From NCBI GenBank assembly GCA_024346625.1, contig AP024664.1:248001-312000 (forward strand): a stretch of DNA of 64,000 bases. The letters run 5' to 3'. Under the pieces are notes generated by a model. It saw only the letters and a list, made by a program, of their open reading frames with translations, was not told the origin of the DNA and ran no database searches. Below are positions 9,966 through 21,275 of the stretch, piece by piece (positions within the stretch are counted from its first letter, which is position 1; every line of letters starts with the position of its first letter). A program made the position numbers and the translations under genes. The stretch is from Williopsis jadinii (lineage: Eukaryota).

Positions 9966-11273
9966 TTAGTCCCATAACGATGTCTTCTTCCGCTCAATGC
10001 TATGCTTTGCCACGTTTGAAAGAACCGTCTCTGTACTCCAAAAGTCCAATGTGTTGTCCGACTCACCTATCATCTTTATAATGGTTTCATTGGTCCCACC
10101 GCTGCCTCTTTCCACTTTGAACAAACTCCACGTTCTATAAGTAGGCGACGATCCTCTTACTCGTTGCCATGAACACAGCTCCTTATGGTCGCCCTCCATC
10201 TCCTGTCGCAGTATTTCATCATCAACGGTCTCCCAGGCACGCATCAATTGGAAATCTTCCACTTCGAGCTCCGAGTTGTAACCTAAGCTGTACATGTTCA
10301 TAGTTGGTGTTCTCAGCTGTGTCTGAGTTTGTAGTCCATATGGATGTTTTAATGAAACAACCCTGTACCCTCTTGATAGAGACCTCATAGCAAATAACAA
10401 TGGAATGCTGTCCCTATCGTCCCATAGAGACTCCACTGTGGGTTGTACAATTGTCAACGTCAACCGTGGTCTGTCAACCCTTACAGGTCCTGACTCCACC
10501 CAATTGATGTCATCGCCTCTTAGATGGATGAGGTCTAATGACAGTTCTTTCAGTCGTAAGGAGTTCAGTATTCGGAAAGAATCTTCAGCGAACATCCGGG
10601 TATAGTGTCCACCTGCGTACGTCACCTTAGAGTAGTTGTACTTTCTCAGCGTCAGTTTCTCAAGGTGGTTGAAGCTTGGGAGTACCAACATAAGAGGCTC
10701 ATGTCGCAAGAGATTGGTACTGTCACTGGCCATCACATTCAACTCTTGCAGCCTGCAACACCAAGTTAGGTCATCCAGCGTACTTGGCTCAATATCGGCA
10801 TTGATGACGATATCTAACCTTCTGAGCCTGGTTCGCCCGTCACATGTAATCCTCTGGTGCTGTAAGCTTAATGCCAGATGCTCCAGCTCAAATGGTATGG
10901 AGAAACAGTTCCTCATCTTCCCAGGCCCTCCAAGTATTGTTACACTCGCAACATTGCCGAACTTCGAAACGATATCATCAAGACACATTGACGAGTGCAC
11001 TTCCAGCTCCTTAACATCCGTGCGCCATGCATCCCAGAGGTGCTCTGCTAGCTTATCGCCATCCTCTTTCAGCTGCTGTGCCTCGTACTGTCGACATAAC
11101 GATACCCTCGAGCGTAGGTATCGTAACACTGCGCCCCTACACTGTTTACATGTCTGTGATACTGATCTCAAATCACCGTATGTCGGCACAAAGGTGAACT
11201 TTGGTATGGCAATTGGAGGTTGTAAGAAAGCAAATACAGCAAACTGAAGCTCCAGTGGCAGCCTATCAAACAT
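9966..11273 (-). CDS. Uncharacterised F-box protein with LRR-like repeats
   Basis: N-terminal FDRLPLELQFAVFAFL...DLRSVSQTCKQCR F-box-like motif, followed by LxxLxL repeats. ATG at 11273 is the likely start; the ORF track start at 11411 is a non-ATG codon overlapping the upstream stop. Confidence 0.7.
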   Translation of the reverse strand: MFDRLPLELQFAVFAFLQPPIAIPKFTFVPTYGDLRSVSQTCKQCRGAVLRYLRSRVSLCRQYEAQQLKEDGDKLAEHLWDAWRTDVKELEVHSSMCLDDIVSKFGNVASVTILGGPGKMRNCFSIPFELEHLALSLQHQRITCDGRTRLRRLDIVINADIEPSTLDDLTWCCRLQELNVMASDSTNLLRHEPLMLVLPSFNHLEKLTLRKYNYSKVTYAGGHYTRMFAEDSFRILNSLRLKELSLDLIHLRGDDINWVESGPVRVDRPRLTLTIVQPTVESLWDDRDSIPLLFAMRSLSRGYRVVSLKHPYGLQTQTQLRTPTMNMYSLGYNSELEVEDFQLMRAWETVDDEILRQEMEGDHKELCSWQRVRGSSPTYRTWSLFKVERGSGGTNETIIKMIGESDNTLDFWSTETVLSNVAKHSIERKKTSLWD

Positions 11274-11407
11274 CTCGTCTCGTCTACTGTGTGTATCTGC
11301 CATTAAATGTGCAAAAGGTATCATCATTGTTGAATTATATGTTGATATATATGCTGCCCGGAATAATGGTGTGTGTCCCGTACCGCACTCATCGACCTCA
11401 GCATCAA

Positions 11408-12175
11408 TCACCGTCTAAAGGTATCCAGAAACTGTGAGGTCAGAGGTCTCGTCTCGGTAGCTGCTTGCTCTGCTTCCTCCTCAGCAGCTTCTACTTCGGC
11501 AATCAGCACTGGCGTGGATTCCCTGTCGTTGAGGAGCCTGTTCAATCTGTTTGGTAATCTCCAGTGCTTCCCAGGGATTACTCCCCTGCTGATCAAATCT
11601 CCTAATATCCATCCCAGGAGTGCGAGGGCCAAGGTTCCTAGGCCCTGTGACACCGATAGATGGAAGCACAATATGTATATGAGGAAGTGGTCCGTCAATG
11701 TGATCTTACGTTCCTCCGTTATGGCAATCTCGAACTTGTACATGACGGGGATGTAGTCTCTGTAGTTTGCTAGCAGTGCAAAGATCACTGTCGTTGGTCC
11801 AGAAGAGACGCTGTTCAGCCACTGCATCCCAGTGTAGAACTTCACAGAGGCCAGCAGTGCAATCAACAGCAACGTATAGCTGTACGTTGCCATGATGACC
11901 CCCAGGTACTTTGGTGTTCCGAATAACCTTTCAAGGTCCCTCAGCAGATAAAACACGATAACTGATATGAACACCTGGCTCTCGTTCACGTACGCCAGCT
12001 GCACTGTGATCATCCTCCATAGCTGCCTGTACTGGGATATGAAAGGATCGTACGAATAGTAAAAGATGTACTTCATCCCCATCAGTGATACCAACATGGG
12101 TACCACTGTGGAAAAGATACAGAGTGCTCTCGATAGCGGGAAGTGCTTGAACGTCGATGGCAATCCGGTGCTCAT
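11408..12175 (-). CDS. DSC2: DSC E3 ligase complex subunit Dsc2 (UBAC2-like rhomboid pseudoprotease)
   Basis: YDPFISQYRQLWR, LERLFGTPKY, SGPT...FALL, IPVMYKF, and C-terminal RPLTSQFLDTFRR. Confidence 0.8.
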   Translation of the reverse strand: MSTGLPSTFKHFPLSRALCIFSTVVPMLVSLMGMKYIFYYSYDPFISQYRQLWRMITVQLAYVNESQVFISVIVFYLLRDLERLFGTPKYLGVIMATYSYTLLLIALLASVKFYTGMQWLNSVSSGPTTVIFALLANYRDYIPVMYKFEIAITEERKITLTDHFLIYILCFHLSVSQGLGTLALALLGWILGDLISRGVIPGKHWRLPNRLNRLLNDRESTPVLIAEVEAAEEEAEQAATETRPLTSQFLDTFRR

Positions 12176-12293
12176 TTGTCGAAACTCGTCCCCTGGCTCA
12201 CTCTTCGGATTGATAGGTAGCTGGACAGCGGTGGATTGTATGGAGTTGAGCTCATTCTCAGTGTTAAGAGGAGCACCTTAAGGGTATCACATT

Positions 12294-12324
12294 GGTGTTA
12301 GGATGTTTAGATGTCCGGGTGTCC
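12294..12324. repeat. 8-bp-periodic telomere/Rap1-like array in the DSC2/PEX8 divergent promoter
   Basis: GGTGTTAG GATGTTTA GATGTCCG GGTGTCC. Confidence 0.6.
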
Positions 12325-12444
12325 CCCCCCCACCCGACTCCACCCGGGGATTTGACTCCACACAATCTTTCAACTAATACGCATGCTTTCCTTCGCCAAT
12401 TGAGCTCGTTTCCCGTCTGAAAGTGTGTGAAAAGCCTTCAGAAG

Positions 12445-14328
12445 ATGTCCAAGAGATACTTGTTAGGTGCTCAAGGTAGAGTCATTCAGCAGAGGCTTGA
12501 GCAGCAGCCTCTGCCCCCAAGCTCGTTCCAGGTTGCTCATGTGGTTGATACTCAAAGGGACGTGGAATTGCTCTTATCAACGTTGACCTCTGGCTCAAAG
12601 GCTGATAGCCAGCAGCTGTTGTCGTATATGGTGCACTACTTGCCACGGGTGAAGAATGGTGATAATGTTCAGTTGCTTATGGGGGCGTTCTTGCAGAATG
12701 AGTGGGTGTTTGATACGTTTGAACACTCGTACCTCGTCATTGAAGCATTCAAGGCTCTGTTTGAACAAAAGGTTTTGATCTCCAAGCCGAGCTTGCCCTT
12801 GACAAAGTTCTTCCATGGTGTGCTGAGTGCCCTCTACTCATCGCCAGTGGAGGACTGGAAGAAGAGCTGTGTTCTTACTGGGATAACGCTGTCGAAGCCC
12901 TTGTTTGATGCCCATGCCATTCCAGAAACTCGAGGTTACTTCGAACAGTGCTATGCTAACGTTACGAAACTGAACCACGAGATCATCGCTCGTGGGTTCA
13001 ATGCCTCATCGACAAACGATTATACTGTCAATTCGATATGGGCCGTTTCCTTAGCATGTTCGATGATCAGCTTCAATGACCATATGAAGGCCAATTTACC
13101 ACATAATGCCATACTGATGCATGTCATTGACATGGTGTTCAAATCCCCATTGGGCATATCTCATGGTGAGCTGAAACAGTCACAATCGCCGGTGTGCAAG
13201 CACCTGAGCAGACTGGCGTACGTGGTTGACAACTGCTTCATCCAGGGTGTGAAGGTTCCAATAATGGACTCTGCTATTGGTACCATTTTGGACTTCTCCA
13301 TGGAACTGCATTCCAGATTTATCGATAATGAACAGTGTTGGGACTTTTTAAAACTCGTCCTCTTTGGAATTGTCATAATGCTTCAAGGTTACTCGACTTT
13401 TACCTTGCACATTCATAACGGACTGAAAGGTGTTCAATACACCAAAATGACTTCTAACGTTCTGAAAACTCTCTACTGTCTTAACTTCATTGTCGAAAAG
13501 ATGGGTTCTGGAGGGTTCCAGGTTTACAATTATGTGTTGTTTACTTCAATGGATGGGCTGTTTCAACATGGTTCTAAGCAAGCAGAAATTTTGGGTCAAT
13601 GGATGATTTATTCGCTGGATTCCTCACTGATACCTCAATCTCAGTACGAGTCCTCTAAGGCGTTGTTTGCAATGATCTATCTCGAACACTTCACCAAGTG
13701 TTGTCGTGAGGAGTTTTACGACACTGTGATACATCCATTCGTCAAGCATTTCATCCATTTACCACAACCATTATCGTTGCACTTACGCCATGTCCATCGT
13801 GAATTGGTGGAATCCGCACACTCAGTTGTGTTGGCAACGTACTCGAGCCAAAAGAATTCATCGATAATTGCAATGAATGCGACGACTTATCTCAACACGG
13901 TGCTCTCACAGTTCCCAGTTGTTCTAAGCTCAAGACAACTGTGTCTTGCTGTCGAGACCATTGTCAGAGCAGTGGCACCTCCATCACAAGCTTCTCAGTT
14001 GAATAGAGATAACTTGAGAGAAGTTTTACACATGTTGTACATTACAATCATCAACTGTCCGTGTTCCACTCCGCTGAAGGAGGAAGGCATATCTGGAGGT
14101 CCACGCACAGTAAGACAGGCATTCATTAGTGCCCTCATGACAGCTCTACCGTTTATTCCTTTGAGGTTTTTGGAACAGTGGCTGTCTAACATTTGGGAAC
14201 TTTGTCAAGGTGATGCGTATCTACAGGATAAACTGTGGAAGACGATTAGTGAGAATTTGGATATGCAAAGAGGTAGCGTTGGCATACAATGGTGGTATAA
14301 CAAGGATTCTCTAGCTCCTAAGCTATAG
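12445..14328 (+). CDS. PEX8: Peroxin Pex8
   Basis: YLPRVKN..NVQLL, LVESAHSV.L, QFP.VLS..QL, G..WWY; ends with PTS1-like PKL. PAC10, its S. cerevisiae neighbour, lies nearby. Confidence 0.85.
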   Translation: MSKRYLLGAQGRVIQQRLEQQPLPPSSFQVAHVVDTQRDVELLLSTLTSGSKADSQQLLSYMVHYLPRVKNGDNVQLLMGAFLQNEWVFDTFEHSYLVIEAFKALFEQKVLISKPSLPLTKFFHGVLSALYSSPVEDWKKSCVLTGITLSKPLFDAHAIPETRGYFEQCYANVTKLNHEIIARGFNASSTNDYTVNSIWAVSLACSMISFNDHMKANLPHNAILMHVIDMVFKSPLGISHGELKQSQSPVCKHLSRLAYVVDNCFIQGVKVPIMDSAIGTILDFSMELHSRFIDNEQCWDFLKLVLFGIVIMLQGYSTFTLHIHNGLKGVQYTKMTSNVLKTLYCLNFIVEKMGSGGFQVYNYVLFTSMDGLFQHGSKQAEILGQWMIYSLDSSLIPQSQYESSKALFAMIYLEHFTKCCREEFYDTVIHPFVKHFIHLPQPLSLHLRHVHRELVESAHSVVLATYSSQKNSSIIAMNATTYLNTVLSQFPVVLSSRQLCLAVETIVRAVAPPSQASQLNRDNLREVLHMLYITIINCPCSTPLKEEGISGGPRTVRQAFISALMTALPFIPLRFLEQWLSNIWELCQGDAYLQDKLWKTISENLDMQRGSVGIQWWYNKDSLAPKL

Positions 14329-14348
14329 GTTCCCAGCAGGGGGTAATT

Positions 14349-15449
14349 TCAGTCCAATATTGGGGTAACTCCTTCACCACCCTCTAGCAATACGTTTTTA
14401 ATGTTTTCCATACACCTTATGTTCGAATTGACAGTGTTATCGGTAGTAATATTACCAGCATGTGGCGTCATTGTCACGTCCCAACGTTTGGCAAATCTTG
14501 GATCTATATTTGATGGTTCGCCTTTGAACACGTCCAGTCCCACCGAACAAACCGTACCATCATCCAATGCCTTTAGCAATGCGTCTTCGTCGATAGCAGT
14601 TCCTCTTCCAATGTTGACAATTCTCACGCCCGGCTTGCACAGTTTCAGAGAGTCTTCGTTGATGAGATGTGTAGTCTCTGGTGAATGTGGCACTGCTAGG
14701 ACGATAAGATCAACCTCTTTGATCATCTCTGTGAATTTTGAGTAGTACTTCACAGGGAATCCGAGCTCATTAGAATCAAGAATTGGAGATCTCTTTGTAT
14801 ATGAAATCTTCATGCCGATAGCGTTCAACCTTCTGGCAATCTCTTTCCCAATAGAACCAAGCCCAACAATCCCTGCAATTTTGCCAGTGGGGGATTCAAC
14901 TTTCTTTCCACCAATACTTGAGTTATGAGCCAAGTTGACGCCTGACTCTGGTGGTGGTAGAGGTTCGCCATCCTCACCAAACTTTGCAGAGCCCAACGTT
15001 GCTCTAACGTTCATGATGCTCAAGTTTGGCCTCAATTGATGTTCCATAAAGTTGAAGAACCTGTAACAGCTAAGTGTCAGGTAAAGAGCAGCATCAGCAA
15101 CGTCGTGAGAGGAAACATCGCCAACGTTACAGAACTTGATGCCACGTTTCTTCAAGGCATCAGCCTCCTCCTCGAGGTACCCAACCCAGGAGAAGCAGTA
15201 CACCTTTACTGACTCTGGTAAGTACGGTGCAAGCTTCGCAATTCCACCAAGGCTCCACACAGAATGGCCAGCAGCCCAAACGGCCTCGACGTTGGAGAAG
15301 TCAGCCCCAAGTCTCTCAACTAAGTCATCGAACGTGGATACCTTGTACACCAGCACATCAAAATGGGTCAGGAACTCTTCGTACTCTTCAATATGATCCG
15401 CGTGTTCTGAACGCTCGGTCGTCAGCACGAGCACTTGTGGCTTGCCCAT
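14349..15449 (-). CDS. D-isomer-specific 2-hydroxyacid dehydrogenase (glyoxylate-reductase-like)
   Basis: GIVGLGSIG Rossmann motif, VNIGRG, GLDVFKGEP, TPH motif. Confidence 0.88.
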   Translation of the reverse strand: MGKPQVLVLTTERSEHADHIEEYEEFLTHFDVLVYKVSTFDDLVERLGADFSNVEAVWAAGHSVWSLGGIAKLAPYLPESVKVYCFSWVGYLEEEADALKKRGIKFCNVGDVSSHDVADAALYLTLSCYRFFNFMEHQLRPNLSIMNVRATLGSAKFGEDGEPLPPPESGVNLAHNSSIGGKKVESPTGKIAGIVGLGSIGKEIARRLNAIGMKISYTKRSPILDSNELGFPVKYYSKFTEMIKEVDLIVLAVPHSPETTHLINEDSLKLCKPGVRIVNIGRGTAIDEDALLKALDDGTVCSVGLDVFKGEPSNIDPRFAKRWDVTMTPHAGNITTDNTVNSNIRCMENIKNVLLEGGEGVTPILD

Positions 15450-15769
15450 AGTATCTGATGCTTCAATTGGCTCGAAAGTGGAAATATAAAGCAAGAAAAC
15501 CGGCGGATAGGCCGTTTATATCGACAAATTGATGCCGTATTGGTTGAAGAGTTCCTCCCTTGCTGGGCTAATTTATGTCTCGACGCTGGCGCCCCAAAAG
15601 GGAAGTAACGCCGACAAGCGCGGTTTCCATATACGGCTATTTCCTGATTGGGCATTTTCGTGTGTTTTCTTCCCCGGATTTGGTTTCTTGACACAAAAAG
15701 CCGTTGCGGTCACGTGCGCCCGGATGTCTCACACAAAGGTTTGATGATTCAAACGCTTTTGTTCCAGTG

Positions 15770-16672
15770 ATGACAACCACAATGGGCTTCTCAGCTAAGC
15801 AAGAGATGGCTGTTACGAAGTGTACTTCAGGTGAAGAGGATATCCAGATCCCGTTGAACTTCATACAACGGTGGGCTCTGGGCTTGGAGACCTACCTACG
15901 CTCGCAACTACAGCTCCAGAACGTATGGGCTCTTTCTCATGTGGCGACGATTGTGGGATTCGTGTGCTACGTGTACGCCCTTGTTGCCGGCGAGCTGGAG
16001 CTTGGTGGGCTCCGAGAGAGCAGCTATAAGCTGACGATGCTGAGCATGACGGTGACTTTCGTCATCGTCATGTACAGGGCGAATTTTGAGGAGCAGTTGG
16101 TGATCAACGATAACAAGGAAGAGGTTATAGTGAAGCCGAAGGTGATGTCCGTTCGTGAGTTGATTCAGAACGATAACGCATTGCTTTTCGCAACCATCCT
16201 CCTCTGGAACTTCACCCTGGAGTCCGTGTTGAAATTGCTTCCATTTGTCATATACGCCATGATAAACTTGTCCAGTTTCTTCATCCAAGAAGTCATACCT
16301 CACCGTCCCTTGAGTCGTGCGTTACTCCCCTTGTTTGACTATTTGGAATTGCCTCTTCTTACTGTGGCATCGCATTTCGACTTGCTCAATATGTTTTCAC
16401 TCTTCAAGGAGTCCTACGAGTCCCACAATGGCTATCCCTCGGTGATTTACTTTTGGGTTTGGTGCCTTAGGTTCGAAAGCTCAGAGATTAGTCGTTCAAG
16501 TGTAAAGGCTCTATTTGGCTTTGTTGATGGAATTGCGAATTTGGGGCTCCTTCCAAACAGATTACACCGTCGGTACATTGATTGGAGAGTTCGGTGGACG
16601 TTTCTCATTCCAATGGATTACAAATCGGCTTACTACAGTGGAGGTGATGTTGATAATGAAGATGATGACTGA
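15770..16672 (+). CDS. Multi-pass membrane protein, TMEM33/Pom33/Per33-like
   Basis: VWALSHVATI, ELIQNDN, LKLLPFVIYAMINL pattern with several TM segments. Start ATG uncertain (15770 or 15782). Confidence 0.6.
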   Translation: MTTTMGFSAKQEMAVTKCTSGEEDIQIPLNFIQRWALGLETYLRSQLQLQNVWALSHVATIVGFVCYVYALVAGELELGGLRESSYKLTMLSMTVTFVIVMYRANFEEQLVINDNKEEVIVKPKVMSVRELIQNDNALLFATILLWNFTLESVLKLLPFVIYAMINLSSFFIQEVIPHRPLSRALLPLFDYLELPLLTVASHFDLLNMFSLFKESYESHNGYPSVIYFWVWCLRFESSEISRSSVKALFGFVDGIANLGLLPNRLHRRYIDWRVRWTFLIPMDYKSAYYSGGDVDNEDDD

Positions 16673-16701
16673 TTCGATACAGATGGCTATATATGTGGTT
16701 C

Positions 16702-17896
16702 TCATTGAAAGAGAATGCAGAGTTGCTTCCTATAAAACTCGGTGTTTATCCTAGCCCTTGCGTATAGCTCATCGTACTGATTTCTTGTTTGTTGAATAGA
16801 ATTGTCCAATTGCAGACGAAGCCTTTGACTGTTTAACTCGTGTAGTTGTTGGATCTTTATAATGTCATTTGTCAATTCTTCGTGCAATTGCTCAATTATC
16901 CTCAAAGATTGGTCCTTTAGATCTGAAACTTCAGATGATGGTACGTGTGGTGATAACATCTGTGATTGAAACCTCAATGTGGCACGTTCGCTATCTTCGT
17001 TTGAGCCACCATCATCTGCATTGTTAGACCCTGTTATCACTTTTTGAAATGCATCTTCCTGTTTCTGTAGCTCTAAGATGTATTCAGAATCCAAGGAGTA
17101 AATTTCACTATCGTATGCTGGATCAAGCTCAAATGGGTGCTTGCTCTTCTCATTTGGCTCCACATTGGAGACGTATTCCAAGACACATTTATCAACTGCT
17201 AGAAAGCTCTTCTGTTCATTCGTATACAGTGCTTCGTCTCCCAGGGGAGCAGCATTGCCCTGAGAAAACCAGCAATGAGCTTGAGGTCCATCTGCTGAGC
17301 CAGAAGAAGTGTATACAGATGCCATTGGTAGGCAATGATCCTTCTCTGGGGTCGAGTTGTACGTCGTCTCTTCAACGCTAGCTTTAGAACGCTCTGATGT
17401 TGCGTTGGTTTCATCCTGCAATACGTAGGAAAACTCCATCGAATAACTGCTCGATACGTCGTGGTACTCCTCCAGAGCCCTCTTTTCTAGTTGTTCCCTC
17501 TGTCTCGCCTCTCTTGAGGCCATCAACTCCATGTACTCGACGTGCTCATCAACAACTTCGTCCAATGGAGGATAAGGAGAAGAGCAGTACTCATAGGGAA
17601 CGTGATATGCAACAACGCACGAACTATCGTCTCTATCGTAGAACAATACATAGCCTTTGTTGCACGCTGCGTATCCTTCAACATCTGAGCTATCATAACT
17701 GTCAGTAGCTCATCTCAGTGGAAACCTCTGTTCAACAAAAGGTATGCTTTGTAACATACAACCTAGGCTTATGCTCCATATTCATGTTGGAAGAGACATA
17801 ACCACATATAAAATGGCTCATGGATGCCACCAACCTTGTCGTCTTCTTCAAGGCCCGTCTCTTGGACTCAACACCACAAGCTCTTCGTCTCATCAT
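16702..17896 (-). CDS. Hypothetical acidic coiled-coil protein; exons ~17896-17760 and 17689-16702
   Basis: The 314-aa ORF lacks an early ATG. A 70-nt intron 17759-17690 (GTATGT, TACTGAC, TAG) joins it in frame to an upstream ATG-containing exon (...MNMEHKPRF|SDVEGY...). Confidence 0.65.
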
Positions 17897-18043
17897 CGTG
17901 TCGTCTAGCAAAGTCGTCTGGTATACGTTCTACAGTGCATAGCTTCCTCAAACACAAAGAAGGTGAATTGATATGAAGTTTATATAATAGAAAATGCATG
18001 TTAGAGAGGTAAACCACAAAAGTTCACCATCTTCAAAGGAGCT

Positions 18044-19684
18044 TCAGTGCTTCTTGCCCTTGGATTTGGGCTTGGACTTCGAATGCTGAACAGGTATGAG
18101 GATCTCGTCACCTTCACCTTCTGGTCCTTCTTCGTTTCTGAATACTTTCTTTCTCCATTCCTTGAGGTTCTTCTTCTTAGCAAACTTTCTTCTGTCCTTT
18201 ACCCTTTGCTCCTTTGGTCTGTAAGGTGCCAGCTTCTTCAGGCCAATGAACTCGTTGAGATCAGCGTCATCGGCCATGAAGATCTCTCTCGTGGTCAAAC
18301 CAAAGCTCTCTGGCGAAACTTCACGGTACTTGAATACGGTTCCACGTTCCTTTGAGCGTCCCTCACGTTCTTCCTCCACTTCATCGATGATCTTGAGCTT
18401 GTCTTGTTCGATGGCTTGCTCTGCCAGTTCTTTGATCTTCTTCTTATCCTTCTTGGATTTGGACTTCTCAAGAATCTCCTCCTTCTTGGACTTCTTCTTT
18501 GGAGGTTCATCCTCAGCTTCTTCAACCTCCTCAGCAGCCTCATCCTTCTCCTGCTTGAAGTCTTTCATGATTTCATCGTCGTCATCCCACTCGGGTTTCT
18601 TGTCACCATCGTTATAGAAATCATCGTTGAAGATTTCTCCAAGGACTTGATCCCATTGGCTATCATCAAAATCATTGTCAAACAAACGATCACTAATCTT
18701 CTTGACTGTCTGTTCGTCCAAATCTGCTCCATATTCCTTCTTGACCGTCTCCAAGATGTCAGTGAGCTTGTTGACTTTCTCTGTCTTCTTCTTCTGAACG
18801 GCCTTCTCTTTCTCCTCCTGGGCTTTCTTCTTTTCCTCCTTTTCTCTTTCTCTCTTCTTCTGTCTTGCACCGGTGTTGTTACGTCTCATGGTGGCTTGGT
18901 TACGGGCATAACTGATAATCTCTGCACTGTTTGGATCTTCATATCTGAAATTATAAGCTTGTTCGTACTTCTCTGCTGCGTCGTCAAATTCATCATCATC
19001 TTCACCTTGACGGTCCAAGTTCACCACTTTATCTCCTTCATGTGGGATCCATGCGTGTTGTTTCATGAACTCTTCCAAGAACTTCTCACCGTCCTGTTCA
19101 GGATTAGGCAATTGTCTTGTAGAATCGCTGGTTTTTGGATCTTTCTTCTTCAAGAAGCCATCGTCATCTTCGTTGTCCGTGCCGTCGACATCCTCACCGT
19201 CTTCGATATCCTTGAACGCAGACTTGATGTCATCCAGCAACTCCTTACGTTCTTCAGCTTTCTCCTGGTCATAAGTCTTGAACTCTTTGCCATCATCTTC
19301 GATGTCTTCCTTCAAAGCATCCCCTGATAACAGATTCATTCTATGGTAATCCTTCAGGTATATCGGCTTCTGCTTCTCTGTCTTCGCAGCAGTGGAAGAG
19401 CCCTCTTCAGGGTCATTGAAGAACTTGACGTCAGGGTTCAACAATAACTCTTTGTTCTTGGACTTGAGTGCATCCAACACTTTGTTCAAGCCTTCCTCAA
19501 CGTCTTCAGTGAGCAATTCACCGTATTCATCTTCCTCTTCGGAGGAGCTCTCATCCTCACTCGACTCAAACTCCTCAATCACTTGTTTCTTCACATCTTC
19601 ATCGGCATTTTCCAATTGTCTCTGGAGCTTCGTTTGCTCCTCTGCCTCACGGGCTCTCTTAGCAGCAGACTTCTTTCTAGCCAT
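18044..19684 (-). CDS. KRI1: 40S biogenesis factor Kri1
   Basis: MARKKSAAK, PIYLKDYHR, YNFRYEDPN, FKYREVSPESFGL, LKKLAPYR. Confidence 0.95.
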   Translation of the reverse strand: MARKKSAAKRAREAEEQTKLQRQLENADEDVKKQVIEEFESSEDESSSEEEDEYGELLTEDVEEGLNKVLDALKSKNKELLLNPDVKFFNDPEEGSSTAAKTEKQKPIYLKDYHRMNLLSGDALKEDIEDDGKEFKTYDQEKAEERKELLDDIKSAFKDIEDGEDVDGTDNEDDDGFLKKKDPKTSDSTRQLPNPEQDGEKFLEEFMKQHAWIPHEGDKVVNLDRQGEDDDEFDDAAEKYEQAYNFRYEDPNSAEIISYARNQATMRRNNTGARQKKREREKEEKKKAQEEKEKAVQKKKTEKVNKLTDILETVKKEYGADLDEQTVKKISDRLFDNDFDDSQWDQVLGEIFNDDFYNDGDKKPEWDDDDEIMKDFKQEKDEAAEEVEEAEDEPPKKKSKKEEILEKSKSKKDKKKIKELAEQAIEQDKLKIIDEVEEEREGRSKERGTVFKYREVSPESFGLTTREIFMADDADLNEFIGLKKLAPYRPKEQRVKDRRKFAKKKNLKEWRKKVFRNEEGPEGEGDEILIPVQHSKSKPKSKGKKH

Positions 19685-19733
19685 CGCTTTATTCGTTCAA
19701 GATATGGGTAGTTTTGCAAATAGTGATGTGTGT

Positions 19734-19771
19734 GATGAGATGAGATGAGGGTTGAAAATTTTCGCGATGAG
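19734..19771. promoter_or_regulatory. Ribi regulon PAC and RRPE motifs upstream of KRI1
   Basis: GATGAG repeated three times, TGAAAATTTT, GCGATGAG. Confidence 0.75.
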
Positions 19772-20108
19772 GTAGTAAAGGGAGCCAAAATCAGAACTAT
19801 CCACTGTTCATAGAACCAACGATATCTCAATAGAACTCAGAGATATGGGTTATTCAACCGAGGAGATGGTTCTAAACAGGTGTACAAACATAGTTATCGC
19901 TTTTTGAAGCGTTCAGATCCACCTGATATTGAGAGTGATGGGGCACAAGTTCAACTACTCGTGGTTAATATCCAAGGACAGACTTATAACTACAAGCCAT
20001 TCTACAATAACCAAGCTTTAAACGTAAATGCTCGACTAACACCCCATTATTTTATACATAATACACCATATGAACTATTAAAATGAGAAAAATTGATCAA
20101 ATGGTAAA

Positions 20109-20970
20109 TTACTCGTCATCCTCGTTCTCCAAGGTTTGAGCAGCAATACGGTCCAAATCTCTTTGACCGTTAGCAGAGATTCTTCTACCCTTTGGGGTAA
20201 CCTCAAGGACACCCAACTTCTCCAAGGATTGCAAGACTCTTCTGTTGACGGAACCGGAGGCATCAGCGTGCTTGGATGGTCTACCACCTCTGTTGATGGC
20301 ACCACCGTAGAGCTTGTTCAACTTACCGACACCAACTTGCTTTCTCAAGTAGATGTGACGAGCAGCGGAGGCAGCTCTCTTGTAGAACCAAGTCTCAGAC
20401 TCTTGTGGTGGCAATTCATTACCAGCAGAGGTCTTGACGAGATCAACGTAACCTGGAATCTCCAACTTACCTTGTCTTTGCAAGAATTGAGCATAAGCGT
20501 TGATGAAATCTTGTGCTGGAACGTCCCTATAGCAGTCGTTGTTAGTACATGATAACTGGCTCAGTCTATGGAACTGTGTGATGTGTGCTGTCTAGTGGTG
20601 GCGTATCATTTCATCTCATGGCAGCAGTGTCAGCTGCTATCCTTCTCCCCCTTCTGTATCGTTCACTTCCGTGACAGTTCTAGGTATCTCACAATAATCG
20701 TTCAAGCTCCGCTCTAATAGCACTCCCGATATTCTACTTCGATAGCACACACCAGGTCATCCTACATGGGCTCTCATCCTTCAATCTGTCTTCCTAATAA
20801 CCATCCCTCTCTGTGATTCGCTTGGGCTTCCCTTGTCCTCTCCTCTCTCATACATCAATACCCAGTAAACGCTCCTCATAACACGCCATATCCACTAACA
20901 AACACATCACACGTTCATGCTCCACCGTTTCTCTTCAAATGTCAACATACTTAACAGTAATACCGGCCAT
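20109..20970 (-). CDS. RPS19: 40S ribosomal protein S19 (eS19); exons 20970-20951 and 20526-20109
   Basis: MAGITVK|DVPAQDFINAY...WFYKRAAS.ARHIY. Intron 20950-20527 (GTATGT, TACTAAC, TAG). Confidence 0.96.
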
Positions 20971-21113
20971 CTTGGTGCTATTTGGTTGATCTTCCTATAC
21001 GTCTCTCTTGTGAAGTTGGTGAACAAAAAATGTCACTTTTTTGCGTCTTGGTGATGTTGCCGCGAAATTTTTCGAAGGGGACTTTTTGCGGCTCCTACCA
21101 AGTTTGTGCTCTG

Positions 21114-21147
21114 TAGCCCTAAGTATTATCACGTGATTTGGTTAGGG
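21114..21147. promoter_or_regulatory. RPS19 promoter Tbf1-Cbf1-Tbf1 module
   Basis: TAGCCCTAA 21114-21122; TCACGTGA 21129-21136; TTAGGG 21142-21147. Confidence 0.65.
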
Positions 21148-21275
21148 TTTGGTTTGTTGTTATTTCGATGGAGATGCTCCATCGAATGGTTGGGTTAATG
21201 GGTGCCAGTGGGCTGCTACAAGCTTGGTGTTTGTCATTTGTTTATATTCATCACGGATAATCATAAACTAGTTAC

